The notes under the pieces were generated by a model that was not told the DNA's origin, ran no database searches, and saw only the letters and a program-made list of their open reading frames with translations. A program made the position numbers and the translations under genes. 64,000 bases of DNA from an uncultured bacterium (lineage in GTDB: Bacteria; Zixibacteria; MSB-5A5; JAABVY01; JAHJOQ01): NCBI GenBank assembly GCA_965369655.1, contig CBDUQR010000009.1:1-64000 (forward strand). Reading direction: 5' to 3'. Each line of letters starts with the position of its first letter. The stretch's first letter is position 1. Positions 1 to 8,325 of the stretch are shown piece by piece.

Positions 1-54
1 CCGTACGCCCGGTGGTGTGACAGGGAAAGCTTGCGAGAGCCTACCTATGTCGAT
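1..54 (+). mobile_element. 3' end (distal domain V and domain VI) of a group II intron, class IIC-like; the rest lies upstream of the window
   Basis: CCGTACGCCCGGTGGTGTGACAGGGAAAGC-TTGCGAGAGC-CTACCTATGTCGAT matches the bacterial class C intron end pattern (..CGTACGnnCGGTGGTGTGnnAGG..CCTAynnyGAT), finishing in AT. Confidence 0.8.
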
Positions 55-229
55 TGAAGCAGCCAGCCGCCGATTGTTGTTGACTTGCACGATACCCGGT
101 CATAATCTTGACAACGCAAAAGGGCTTGTTGAAATAGCCCATGTCGGGCACTTGTCGGTGATGTTGTCATCGCGAGGAGTGGAGCGACTTGGTGAACTAA
201 CTCGTCACCTCGCATAAGGCATCGCGTTC

Positions 230-404
230 GTCACCCCTCCCTCGGGGATCGGGATCGGCGACCGATGCGGAGGCCCTTCGCTTCCACTCAGGATACACAG
301 GGGTCCAGACAAATCTTTCAAGTCTGTTACACTTACGCATTCTGAATCTGGTTCTGGATTCCCGTGATATCCTGAGCACAGCGAAGGGCCTTCGCGGGAA
401 TGAC
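230..404. repeat. REP-like hairpin doublet interrupted by 27/28-bp and 24-bp micro-modules
   Basis: Removing 238-265 and 275-298 restores GTCACCCCTGCGGAGGCAGGGGTCCA. Removing 364-387 restores TGGATTCCCGCCTTCGCGGGAATGAC. Both are perfect hairpins. Confidence 0.8.
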
Positions 405-432
405 GAGGACTGGTAACTGGCCGGTATGTACT

Positions 433-655
433 GTGGGCGGCAGACGTCTTGAGGCTGTCCCATAAGTAGGTCGTGTTCCGAACCTGATGTAATCAGGTGA
501 GAAACGCGACACCTCTATCTTGTTGACTGACAGTCGGGTTTCTTGCAGGCTACGCCTGCTGCGGAACGCCGACCTACAGGAGAACAGAATTTTTGAGGCA
601 GCCTCTCTTCGTCTGCCCCATCCAGCGTTGACATCGGTGGACATCTGCCGGGCAC
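433..655. repeat. REP-like doublet (GTGGGCGGCAGACGTCyTCGTCTGCCCC family) split by a MITE
   Basis: Reverse complement of the intact copies at 24736-24814 and 38992-39066. Confidence 0.75.
451..605. mobile_element. MITE (155 bp) with GAGGCTGTC-type terminal inverted repeats and a TCTT target duplication
   Basis: Left end GAGGCTGTCCCATAAG, right end TTTTGAGGCAGCCTC, TCTT at 447-450 and 606-609; internal GTAG..CTAC REP doublet at 466-577. Confidence 0.8.
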
Positions 656-677
656 GGAATACCATAACAGGAGTAAT

Positions 678-1322
678 ATGAAGAAAGCTTATATTCTTTT
701 CATTGGCCTGCTGATTCTGATTGTCCTTGCGTTCACATACGCTAAGAGCTACCTGTCGAGGCTCGAATCAGACGACCTGCGAATCAAGACCGAGCTTGGT
801 CGCAGGCAGCTCATCGACAGCCTTCAGCAGACATTTGAGATGATGGCCATCGATCGCACGGGTGATATTCAGCACAGATACGACAGTCTGGTACGTGAGA
901 GCGATGCGCTGATATATGCTTTGGAATCGCAACTCGATCTGTATCTGAATCCTGAATATGATCCGGTGGCTTCGGTCGCTGATCCCGATCCTGAGGGACA
1001 GGAGGATGAACCCAACTCGGTTCGAGCAGATAGCAATGTAGTACTTGCGCCGGACACGTCCAAGTCGCTGACAGTGGATTCGGCAGCATCGATCAAAGAT
1101 GCGTGGGAGAGCGAGATCACTCCCCGAGAGTACGAAGTGTACCTTGCATATCTCGAACGTGTTGTCAGCCTGCCGAAGGATATGACCTCGTATGAAAAGA
1201 AGGTGGCGTATGACGAGGCCGAGAGGAATCTCGCCGCTGAATACTCAGTGACCAAAGACGACATCAGGAAAATCCTGAAGAAGCTGCGAAAGAACAGTAT
1301 CAGGGGACGAAGCAAGAACTGA
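678..1322 (+). CDS. Hypothetical protein with an N-terminal membrane anchor
   Basis: 214-aa ORF, CAGGAG RBS, hydrophobic N-terminus; contains the in-frame 27-bp module at 972-998. Confidence 0.75.
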   Translation: MKKAYILFIGLLILIVLAFTYAKSYLSRLESDDLRIKTELGRRQLIDSLQQTFEMMAIDRTGDIQHRYDSLVRESDALIYALESQLDLYLNPEYDPVASVADPDPEGQEDEPNSVRADSNVVLAPDTSKSLTVDSAASIKDAWESEITPREYEVYLAYLERVVSLPKDMTSYEKKVAYDEAERNLAAEYSVTKDDIRKILKKLRKNSIRGRSKN

Positions 1323-1471
1323 GGCGGAGCGTCGTCTTGTGTGGTGTCAGGGTTGCATTCAATCCTGCTCAGATCAAGCTGATAAGCGCAGTGCGTTATG
1401 CCAGCGCGACGTCGATTAGATGCTGTCGTCATGACTCTGGAGCTTGGGTCATGCGTGCAACGGCGATCTTG

Positions 1472-1660
1472 CTAAGTCGACTGCCGCGAGGAACTCTTGT
1501 GATTCTCGCCGCGGTCGTACGGGATAACAATGTGTTCATCACGAAGAATCTTGTTCACCGTTGTGATGAACTCACGCGGCGGCAGGCTTTGGAGGCGGAA
1601 TGGTATCCAACCCTTCTTGCCGAACCACTCTGACAACGATAACTCGCGTTTGGGAGACAT
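1472..1660 (-). CDS. Small hypothetical protein (62 aa), paralog of 2271-2444
   Basis: AAGGAG RBS 8 nt before the ATG at 1660; core KKGWIPFRLQSLPPREFITTVNKIL. Confidence 0.7.
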   Translation of the reverse strand: MSPKRELSLSEWFGKKGWIPFRLQSLPPREFITTVNKILRDEHIVIPYDRGENHKSSSRQST

Positions 1661-1838
1661 GATGCAATCTCCTTCGAGAGAAATTCCGATCTCCCAGATG
1701 CGGCAGCATTCGCAGATATGTTTTATTCGCAGTACCATCTGTTAGTAAACGATTCATCCTGCTCTTGTCAAGGATTTTGCATGACGGTATTGACTCCGGA
1801 ATCCGAATGCGTTATCCATCATCAGAGGATAACTGACA

Positions 1839-2159
1839 ATGAGCAAAAAGAGTGAACATAAGTTCGCCGAAGTTCAGCTTGAGAAATTGCTTCTCGAAAA
1901 CCTGCCGCAGGAGATGTCCGCATATAGCAGCAGTGCGGACACGGATGACTCGACCGGGAGAGCGTCCGAGAAGTTCAAATCAAGACTGCGTTGGCATATA
2001 TCGCGTTCGCTTTCTCCAAGGCAAAGGGAAGTTCTGACCCTTCTGCTCAAAGGAAAGACCGAAAGGCAAATAGGGGTGATTCTCGGAATCACTCAGCAGG
2101 TCGTTCATATCTATAAGTGGCGTGCAATTCGCAAGTTACAGGAGAAGTTGCTCCGGTGA
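1839..2159 (+). CDS. Stand-alone sigma70 region 4 / LuxR-type HTH protein
   Basis: LSPRQREVLTLLLKGKTERQIGVILGITQQVVHIYKWRAIRKL; GAGG RBS. Confidence 0.8.
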   Translation: MSKKSEHKFAEVQLEKLLLENLPQEMSAYSSSADTDDSTGRASEKFKSRLRWHISRSLSPRQREVLTLLLKGKTERQIGVILGITQQVVHIYKWRAIRKLQEKLLR

Positions 2160-2270
2160 GGTGTATGTCAAACGGCTAATAATGGAAAAGGTTGTTGTAA
2201 CCAGCATGAGACAACACCTCCCTCCCCTTGTCCCTCACCGCCGAAAGACAACTTGGTAAGGAGGTGGGTC

Positions 2271-2444
2271 GTGTTTGGTGTTCGTAAAGACCTTGACTAT
2301 ACAAATGTGACAGATAAGAAGATCTGGCACCCTTTTTCTCTTCAATCGCTCGCCACGAAGGATTTCATCCAGATAGTGAACAAGATTCTTGCCGGAAGGC
2401 ATGGTCTACTGACCTATCGTGACAGGGGCGTCAGGATCATGTAG
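2271..2444 (+). CDS. Small hypothetical protein (57 aa), paralog of 1472-1660
   Basis: AAGGAGGTG RBS before the GTG at 2271; core KKIWHPFSLQSLATKDFIQIVNKIL. Confidence 0.7.
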   Translation: MFGVRKDLDYTNVTDKKIWHPFSLQSLATKDFIQIVNKILAGRHGLLTYRDRGVRIM

Positions 2445-2534
2445 TGTGCGTGATTCGCCGCCGGTTTCTTTAGCTGGTGATATTCGCGATCTACAATGAA
2501 TCTGGCTCATTGGGTGTTGTTCGGCAGTATGTGA

Positions 2535-2733
2535 GAGGTTGTCCCATAAGTGCCAATGAACTTGAGCGGGAAGCTGACTCTGTCGCTCCCGCGGAGGCCC
2601 TTCGCTTTGCTCAGGATATCACGGGAGCCTATTTAACGATAACGCATTCAATAGATTCCCGCCTGCGCGGGAATGACATCGCTTTCTTTCGCAAGCATGA
2701 CCACCAACCTATCAGACCTTATGGGACAGCCTC
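2535..2733. mobile_element. MITE (199 bp), same family as 451-605, with a GTGA target duplication
   Basis: TIRs GAGGTTGTCCCATAAG / CTTATGGGACAGCCTC (15 of 16 complementary); GTGA at 2531-2534 and 2734-2737; internal REP doublet carrying a 24-bp module. Confidence 0.85.
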
Positions 2734-2834
2734 GTGAGTGGCGCAGTTCAATATAGGGCGATACCTGCCGAATACGTATGTAGGACCTGCGGTGCGGCAC
2801 AGTTCCTGAACAGTGTTGTAACTCTAAGTTTGAG

Positions 2835-2862
2835 TTGACATTTAAGCAATGTTGGGTATATT
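2835..2862 (+). promoter_or_regulatory. Putative sigma70 promoter
   Basis: TTGACA-N16-TATATT upstream of the 2913 ORF. Confidence 0.5.
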
Positions 2863-2912
2863 AATATCTGAGTCTTGCTTGAGTAGATGTAAGTATTCAC
2901 ATTGGTGCAATC

Positions 2913-4622
2913 GTGATTGATCACGCCCTCAATGAATCTGGCAAATGCCGCGTGGCATGTTTGCTTTGTGTCATTCTGGTTATTGGTCTCCCAGTACACG
3001 CATTGGAGATGGACCAGCCGAGCCTGATCCATGATGCGTATGCGGACGGCAGGCTCGACCGGGAAGGGCATTACCGCTGTCTGATGCAGTCGATTCTCGA
3101 TCCGGAGAACTTACCAGTCGAGTTCGCAACTGATGTTCCGCACAAGTGTGGCACTCATGTTCTGCTTGAGATCGAATCGAATCTTGGTACACTCTCGACC
3201 GAGATGCAGGAGTTGTTTGCAACCCTTGATGTTCGTCCTGAAGCCGAGTGCGAGTATGTATCACCCGACTCATTCTTCAAGCTCCACTATGACACCGCGT
3301 CCGGACAGGCGACGCCGCCTGTGCCGATCGAGGATCTCGATTCGAGCGGGATTCCTGATTTTATCGAGAATATGGCACTCTATGCCGATTCGGCATGGAG
3401 ACAGATCGTGCAGAACTTTGGACATCACAGGCCACCGTCCGACGGCACTCTCGGCGGCGACAGTTTGTACGACATCTACTTCAAGCAGTTCCAGTACTAC
3501 GGTATTACAAATGGAGACAACGAGGGACCGGAGCCGTGGGATGACTACTCATCGCACATAGTTCTTCACAATTCATTTGATATATTTCCACCAAACCAGG
3601 ACCCCGAGGGGAACCAGAAGGGATCGATGAAGGTCGCTATCGCCCATGAGCTATACCATGCCGTACAGTTCTACTATGACGCGTTTATCGATACATGGTG
3701 GATGGAGCAGACCGCTGTCTGGATGGAAGACGAGGTCTACCCGGGGATTCATGATAACTATAACTACTTCGATGATTTCTGGCCGTCACCCGAGATGTCG
3801 CTCTTTGAGGAAGATATTATCAGGCACATGTATGGTTCGTTCGTCTGGCCCAGGCACCTCACTGAAGTCCACGGCGATCTCCTGATCAAGGAGATACTCG
3901 AAGGCATGGCTACGCCGACATCCTCACTGATGAATGTCATTGTAGATGTGTTTGACCTGTACGGGACGACGTTCGATGACGAATTCAGGAGATTTCTGTT
4001 CTGGAATTACATGACCGGCAGTCGAGACGACGGGCATCACTATGTCGATGCCGCAGATTATCCCGAGATCGCGATTGAGCACAGTTATGACAGTCTGCCT
4101 GCGTTGCAGATATCAAGTTTTTCAGCCCCGTACAATCGTGGTTCAAACTACATCGAAGTCTACAACGACTCATCATATATTGGCATTCTCGCGTTTGGCA
4201 TTGATACGGCATACTCGGCTCCCTGGTCGCTGTCGTATATCACAGTAGATACGGCGGGTGTGTATGACTTCTTGTTCAGGAACCTGAGCGGCGGTGGAGA
4301 GGGCAAGACCTACGTCGGACCGTTCCAGGAATACGACAAAGTTGTGTTCATTCCGCACGCTAAAGGTCTGTCGATGAACGGGCCGTATGGATTCGTGTAC
4401 AGCGTCTACTTCAGACCCATCGGCGATGCCGACGCATCTGAGAATATCGACATCGATGATGTCATCTGGATTATCAACTATATCTTCAGCGGCGGACCGC
4501 CTTCGGAACCGTATGTAGCAATGGATGCCGACTGTTCCGGCAATGTCGACATCGATGACGTCGTTTATCTCATATCATATATATTCTCGGCGGGTCCTCA
4601 GCCGTGCGGCGAAGGATTCTGA
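2913..4622 (+). CDS. Secreted zinc metalloprotease (MXAN_6640-like) with C-terminal dockerin repeats
   Basis: Signal peptide, FKLHYD..VP.EDLDSSGIPD, HELYH zinc motif, two EF-hand-like repeats (GDADASENIDIDD / DADCSGNVDIDD). Confidence 0.8.
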   Translation: MIDHALNESGKCRVACLLCVILVIGLPVHALEMDQPSLIHDAYADGRLDREGHYRCLMQSILDPENLPVEFATDVPHKCGTHVLLEIESNLGTLSTEMQELFATLDVRPEAECEYVSPDSFFKLHYDTASGQATPPVPIEDLDSSGIPDFIENMALYADSAWRQIVQNFGHHRPPSDGTLGGDSLYDIYFKQFQYYGITNGDNEGPEPWDDYSSHIVLHNSFDIFPPNQDPEGNQKGSMKVAIAHELYHAVQFYYDAFIDTWWMEQTAVWMEDEVYPGIHDNYNYFDDFWPSPEMSLFEEDIIRHMYGSFVWPRHLTEVHGDLLIKEILEGMATPTSSLMNVIVDVFDLYGTTFDDEFRRFLFWNYMTGSRDDGHHYVDAADYPEIAIEHSYDSLPALQISSFSAPYNRGSNYIEVYNDSSYIGILAFGIDTAYSAPWSLSYITVDTAGVYDFLFRNLSGGGEGKTYVGPFQEYDKVVFIPHAKGLSMNGPYGFVYSVYFRPIGDADASENIDIDDVIWIINYIFSGGPPSEPYVAMDADCSGNVDIDDVVYLISYIFSAGPQPCGEGF

Positions 4623-4673
4623 TCGGAGTTTTCGTCTCAGCAGCCATGCCACCGGAGTTTAGCATAACGCAGT

Positions 4674-5254
4674 GTGGCAATCGGAATAGTGTCTGTCATC
4701 CTGCTCCTCTCGACCATCAGCATGTCTTCAGCAAGTGAACTGAACTCTCTGGATCTGATCGAGTTGGCGTATGAGAGCGGTCGAATTTCAGAGGGTGAGC
4801 GGATCGTCTATCGCCGATGACAGTCCGCGATCTCGACACCCTGCCAGCGCAATACCGCAGCGATACATCTCTGATCGGAAAGTGTGCAACCGAGATATTC
4901 CTTGATGCCGCGGAGAACTTCGAATTGCTTACGCTTGAGCAACAGCGTGTGGCGAAGGACTACATGGCTCGACCATCGCGGGCATACTCACACGATTCCC
5001 CCGACGGGCATTTCAAAATCCACTACGATGAAACCGGCACACACGCCGTGCCGTCGGCAGACGACAACGGCAACGGCGTCCCGGATTTCGTAGAATGGCT
5101 CGCGGATTATGCGGATTCGTCGTGGAGATGTATCCATGATAATCTCAGCTACGATCTGCCGCCCGTGGATGGCGGCGCTGGAGGCGATGACAAGTACGAC
5201 ATAAAAGTACCGTTGGATCGAGATGCCGGGTTGCTCCGGCCTCTTTTTTGTTGA
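4674..5254 (+). pseudogene. Frameshifted and truncated paralog of the 2913-4622 metalloprotease
   Basis: Frame 1 VAIGIVSVILLL..LIELAYESGRISEGERIVYRR* shifts near 4815 to MTVRDLDTLP..HFKIHYDETGTHAVPSADDNGNGVPDF; homology ends at KYDI, before any HEXXH. Confidence 0.75.
5225..5250 (+). terminator. Rho-independent terminator-like hairpin
   Basis: GCCGGG-TTGC-TCCGGC followed by CTCTTTTTTG. Confidence 0.55.
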
Positions 5255-5477
5255 CTGAAGTCTTTGTCGTATTATCAATTACGGCAGGATGGGACCATAG
5301 AAGTTGTCCCATATAGAGAGTTTCGCTGGGTCTTGTCGACGACTGGGTCGGCAGTGTGGCTTGGCGATCACTTTCTAACTGTTGCCTGACACGGATTCCA
5401 TTAGCCGGCAGTTCACACGCCTGCCTTCCGCAGCGCATGAACCGCCGGAACGGATAATTACGGCAGGATGGAACCCT

Positions 5478-7193
5478 ATGACTGACGAACATATCGGCAA
5501 GTACAAGATACTTGAGAAGCGTGGCGAAGGTGGCTTCGGAGTCCTCTACAAGGCTCTCGATGCCATGATTGACCGCGTCGTGGCCCTGAAGGTCCTTCAT
5601 CCCGAATACGCGGCAAGCGAGAGACTGGCGAATTGGTTCAAGCGTGAGGCACGGGCAATGGCGCGTTTGAACCACCCGAACATTGTCACTATCCACAATT
5701 TCGAGGTCGAGGATGACCGGCACTTCATTGTGATGGAGTACGTCGATGGCGTCGACCTCGATTCGGTCATCAAGACTCGTGGCAAGCTCCCGATCGATGA
5801 GATACTCGGGCTGATGTCCCAAATGCTGAGCGCCTTCGGTTACGCACACTCCAGCGGTATCGTCCACAGAGATATCAAACCGTCGAACATCATGATAGAC
5901 ACGTCTGGGCGGGTCAAGATTACCGATTTCGGGATCGCGAAGATACTTGACGACTCGAAAATGACCAAGACAGGCATGGGAGCGGGGAGCCTGCACTACA
6001 TGTCCCCTGAGCAGGTCGAGGGCAAGCTCATCGACACGCGCACCGACATCTACTCGCTCGGAATCACGCTGTATCAGATGATTACCGGCAATGTGCCGTT
6101 CACGGATGATTCGGACTATATCGTCATGCGTGCTCACCTCGATCAGACGCCGGATAAGCCGTCGGATCTCAGGCAGGATGTGCCGCCCGATCTCGAACGC
6201 GTCGTTATGAAAATGCTCGAGAAGAAACCGGAAGATCGTTACGAGAGCATGAGCGCTGTCGCGGATGATCTTGGAGAGCTGGGGGGAAAAGAATTCGTGG
6301 CCTCCGCAGCTGTGAGCGGGAGCCCCGCGGACATTAGGACAAGAACTGTCTCGACTCCCAAGCCTCGCTATACGCCTCCTGATCGTCGTGAATCGAGCGA
6401 TGGAGAGAAAAGCGCTGGGTGGAGACGATTCCTGATTCCGGCCGGCGCAGCGGCAGCGCTGATAGTCACCACAGTCGTGGTGTTACTGTTTGTGTTTGGA
6501 GGGGATTCAACCGAAACAGATGAACCGGTTGTGTCGGATACGACGAGTGTCGCAGTTGTCGACACGATTGAGGTGTTAGCTGAGTCGGACAAACCGTCGG
6601 ACACTGCGATGGTTGCCGTTACCGAACAAGAGCCGATCGATACGGCGGAGGCTCTCACCTCCGTGGACCAGTCATCCGACTCGATTCCGACGACGTCCGA
6701 CATTATCACTCCTTCCGAAGAGGACTTGCCCGGCGGCAGGCTCCTTGTGGAGATAGCTCCGTTTGATTATCGCAATCCGCCCAGGGTTGTGCTCGACGGC
6801 AGGGAATTCAGCGTTGACGACATTCCGTTGGAGATCACCGGTATCAAGACGGGCTGGCATCAACTCTCGGTTCACTTTGCCGGGGAGAGCTTTTTCGAGA
6901 GCGTGTACGTCGACCGTGATATAAAGACGAAGACGTACCGTTTTAACGGACCGGTGGGCAGAGTCTCGATCGGCGCAGAGTTTATCGGTATGCAGCAGAG
7001 GCAGCCATGGGCGAAGATAATTGTCGACGAGAAGCCGATTGAACAGGGCACTCCAACAGCTATTGAGCTTGTCGAGGGGCCGCACAAGATCATGGTGAAG
7101 AAGAAAGATTTCGTGACTGTTGGGAAAGCGAAGTTCATCTACGTTAAAGCAGGCGAGAATACAGTCGTGAATTTCAAGCTGAGAAGGAAGTAA
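5478..7193 (+). CDS. Hanks-type Ser/Thr protein kinase with a TM helix and extracytoplasmic PEGA-like domain(s)
   Basis: GEGGFG, VALK, HRDIKPSN, DFG and YMSPE motifs; TM segment LIPAGAAAALIVTTVVVLLFVF; PEGA-like C-terminus. Confidence 0.9.
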   Translation: MTDEHIGKYKILEKRGEGGFGVLYKALDAMIDRVVALKVLHPEYAASERLANWFKREARAMARLNHPNIVTIHNFEVEDDRHFIVMEYVDGVDLDSVIKTRGKLPIDEILGLMSQMLSAFGYAHSSGIVHRDIKPSNIMIDTSGRVKITDFGIAKILDDSKMTKTGMGAGSLHYMSPEQVEGKLIDTRTDIYSLGITLYQMITGNVPFTDDSDYIVMRAHLDQTPDKPSDLRQDVPPDLERVVMKMLEKKPEDRYESMSAVADDLGELGGKEFVASAAVSGSPADIRTRTVSTPKPRYTPPDRRESSDGEKSAGWRRFLIPAGAAAALIVTTVVVLLFVFGGDSTETDEPVVSDTTSVAVVDTIEVLAESDKPSDTAMVAVTEQEPIDTAEALTSVDQSSDSIPTTSDIITPSEEDLPGGRLLVEIAPFDYRNPPRVVLDGREFSVDDIPLEITGIKTGWHQLSVHFAGESFFESVYVDRDIKTKTYRFNGPVGRVSIGAEFIGMQQRQPWAKIIVDEKPIEQGTPTAIELVEGPHKIMVKKKDFVTVGKAKFIYVKAGENTVVNFKLRRK

Positions 7194-7290
7194 CTGGTGC
7201 TCGGCTCACGGAACCAGGATTTTTATGTTGCTTCGCTGATTGAACATATCTTAAATATTCAGCCAAGGGTTATAGTATGGAGGGTCAACC

Positions 7291-8316
7291 ATGAGAAAGC
7301 TCTATGCAGCGGTTCTCGTCACGCTGGTCTGTATCAGTTGCAGTGCCGTTAATGTCTATGCACAGTCCGGAGTCGATGCCGAACTCGATGATGCGTACAG
7401 GCTATACAGGAAAGCGCAGTTCGAGGACGCCATCATTCTAACGACAGGGTTGCTGACCGGGACGGGCGTTTCCGAGGATCAGGAAGTCAGGGCTCTCCAG
7501 ATTTTGAGTCTTGCGTCGGTCGGTCGCGGTTACGTAGATCAGGCCCGCGACTACCTCGAGCGCCTGGTCACACTCAGCCCCACCATTGAACTTGATCCTG
7601 ATGAGTTTCCGCCCCAGATCATGACACTCTGGTATCGAGTGCGCGAGGGCAATCCGCCGCCCGCTGCCGCATCGGAGCAGAAGGACAAGCTCGAAACCAT
7701 CGCGGTGATGTATTTCGACAACAACTCGATCGTCGATCACGACAAACTGAACGCGCTCTCCAAAGGACTCGCTTCGATGATGATTTATGAAATCAGCAAG
7801 GTTTCGAAGCTGCGTGTGGTCGAACGGGACCGCATCAATTTCCTCGTGGATGAGCTTAAGCTTCAGCAGAGCGACCTTGTCGACAAGAGCACTGCTGTGA
7901 GGATCGGCAAGCTCGTGGGGGCTCACACATTGCTGATGGGCGGATTTATGAAACTGTCGAAGAACCAGTTCCGCATCGATGCGCGACTCGTGAAGGTTGA
8001 GACGGGTGAGATTATCAACGCTGAGTTTGTCGAGGGCAAACCGAGTGACGTAGTCGAACTCGAAAAACAACTTGTGATGAAAATGCTCGAAGGTCTTGAT
8101 GCCGGCGCCACCGAGAGTGAAAAGAAAGACATCATGAGGGGTCGCGACACGAGTTTCGATGCGCTTTATCACTACTCGCGCGGGCTGGCTTTCGAGGACA
8201 AGAAGGAATACACGGCCGCGTTCCAGCAGTATCAGGAGGCGCTCAAGCTGGCGCCCGGATATGTCGAGGCGCAGAAGAAAATGTTTCGCCTGGAACCGCT
8301 GGCCAGCCAGGGATGA
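7291..8316 (+). CDS. Exported TPR + CsgG/HfaB/FlgO-like protein
   Basis: TIAVMYFDN..LRVVERDRINFLVDEL..AVRIGKLVGA..IDARLVKVETGEI; TPR-like helices at both ends. Confidence 0.8.
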   Translation: MRKLYAAVLVTLVCISCSAVNVYAQSGVDAELDDAYRLYRKAQFEDAIILTTGLLTGTGVSEDQEVRALQILSLASVGRGYVDQARDYLERLVTLSPTIELDPDEFPPQIMTLWYRVREGNPPPAAASEQKDKLETIAVMYFDNNSIVDHDKLNALSKGLASMMIYEISKVSKLRVVERDRINFLVDELKLQQSDLVDKSTAVRIGKLVGAHTLLMGGFMKLSKNQFRIDARLVKVETGEIINAEFVEGKPSDVVELEKQLVMKMLEGLDAGATESEKKDIMRGRDTSFDALYHYSRGLAFEDKKEYTAAFQQYQEALKLAPGYVEAQKKMFRLEPLASQG

Positions 8317-8325
8317 GGTAGTCTA

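Noticed and set aside
17-665. ORFs 17-217, 197-463 and 333-665
   Set aside because: They run through intron, REP and MITE sequence and have no protein-like motifs
230-2737. Repeats as a CRISPR array or integron attC array
   Set aside because: The repeats are palindromic, nested and irregularly spaced, with no constant repeat-spacer period and no cas or integrase gene in the window
2477-2737. 86-aa ORF
   Set aside because: Read-through of a MITE; the shared peptide ALRxAQDITG is just the 24-bp module
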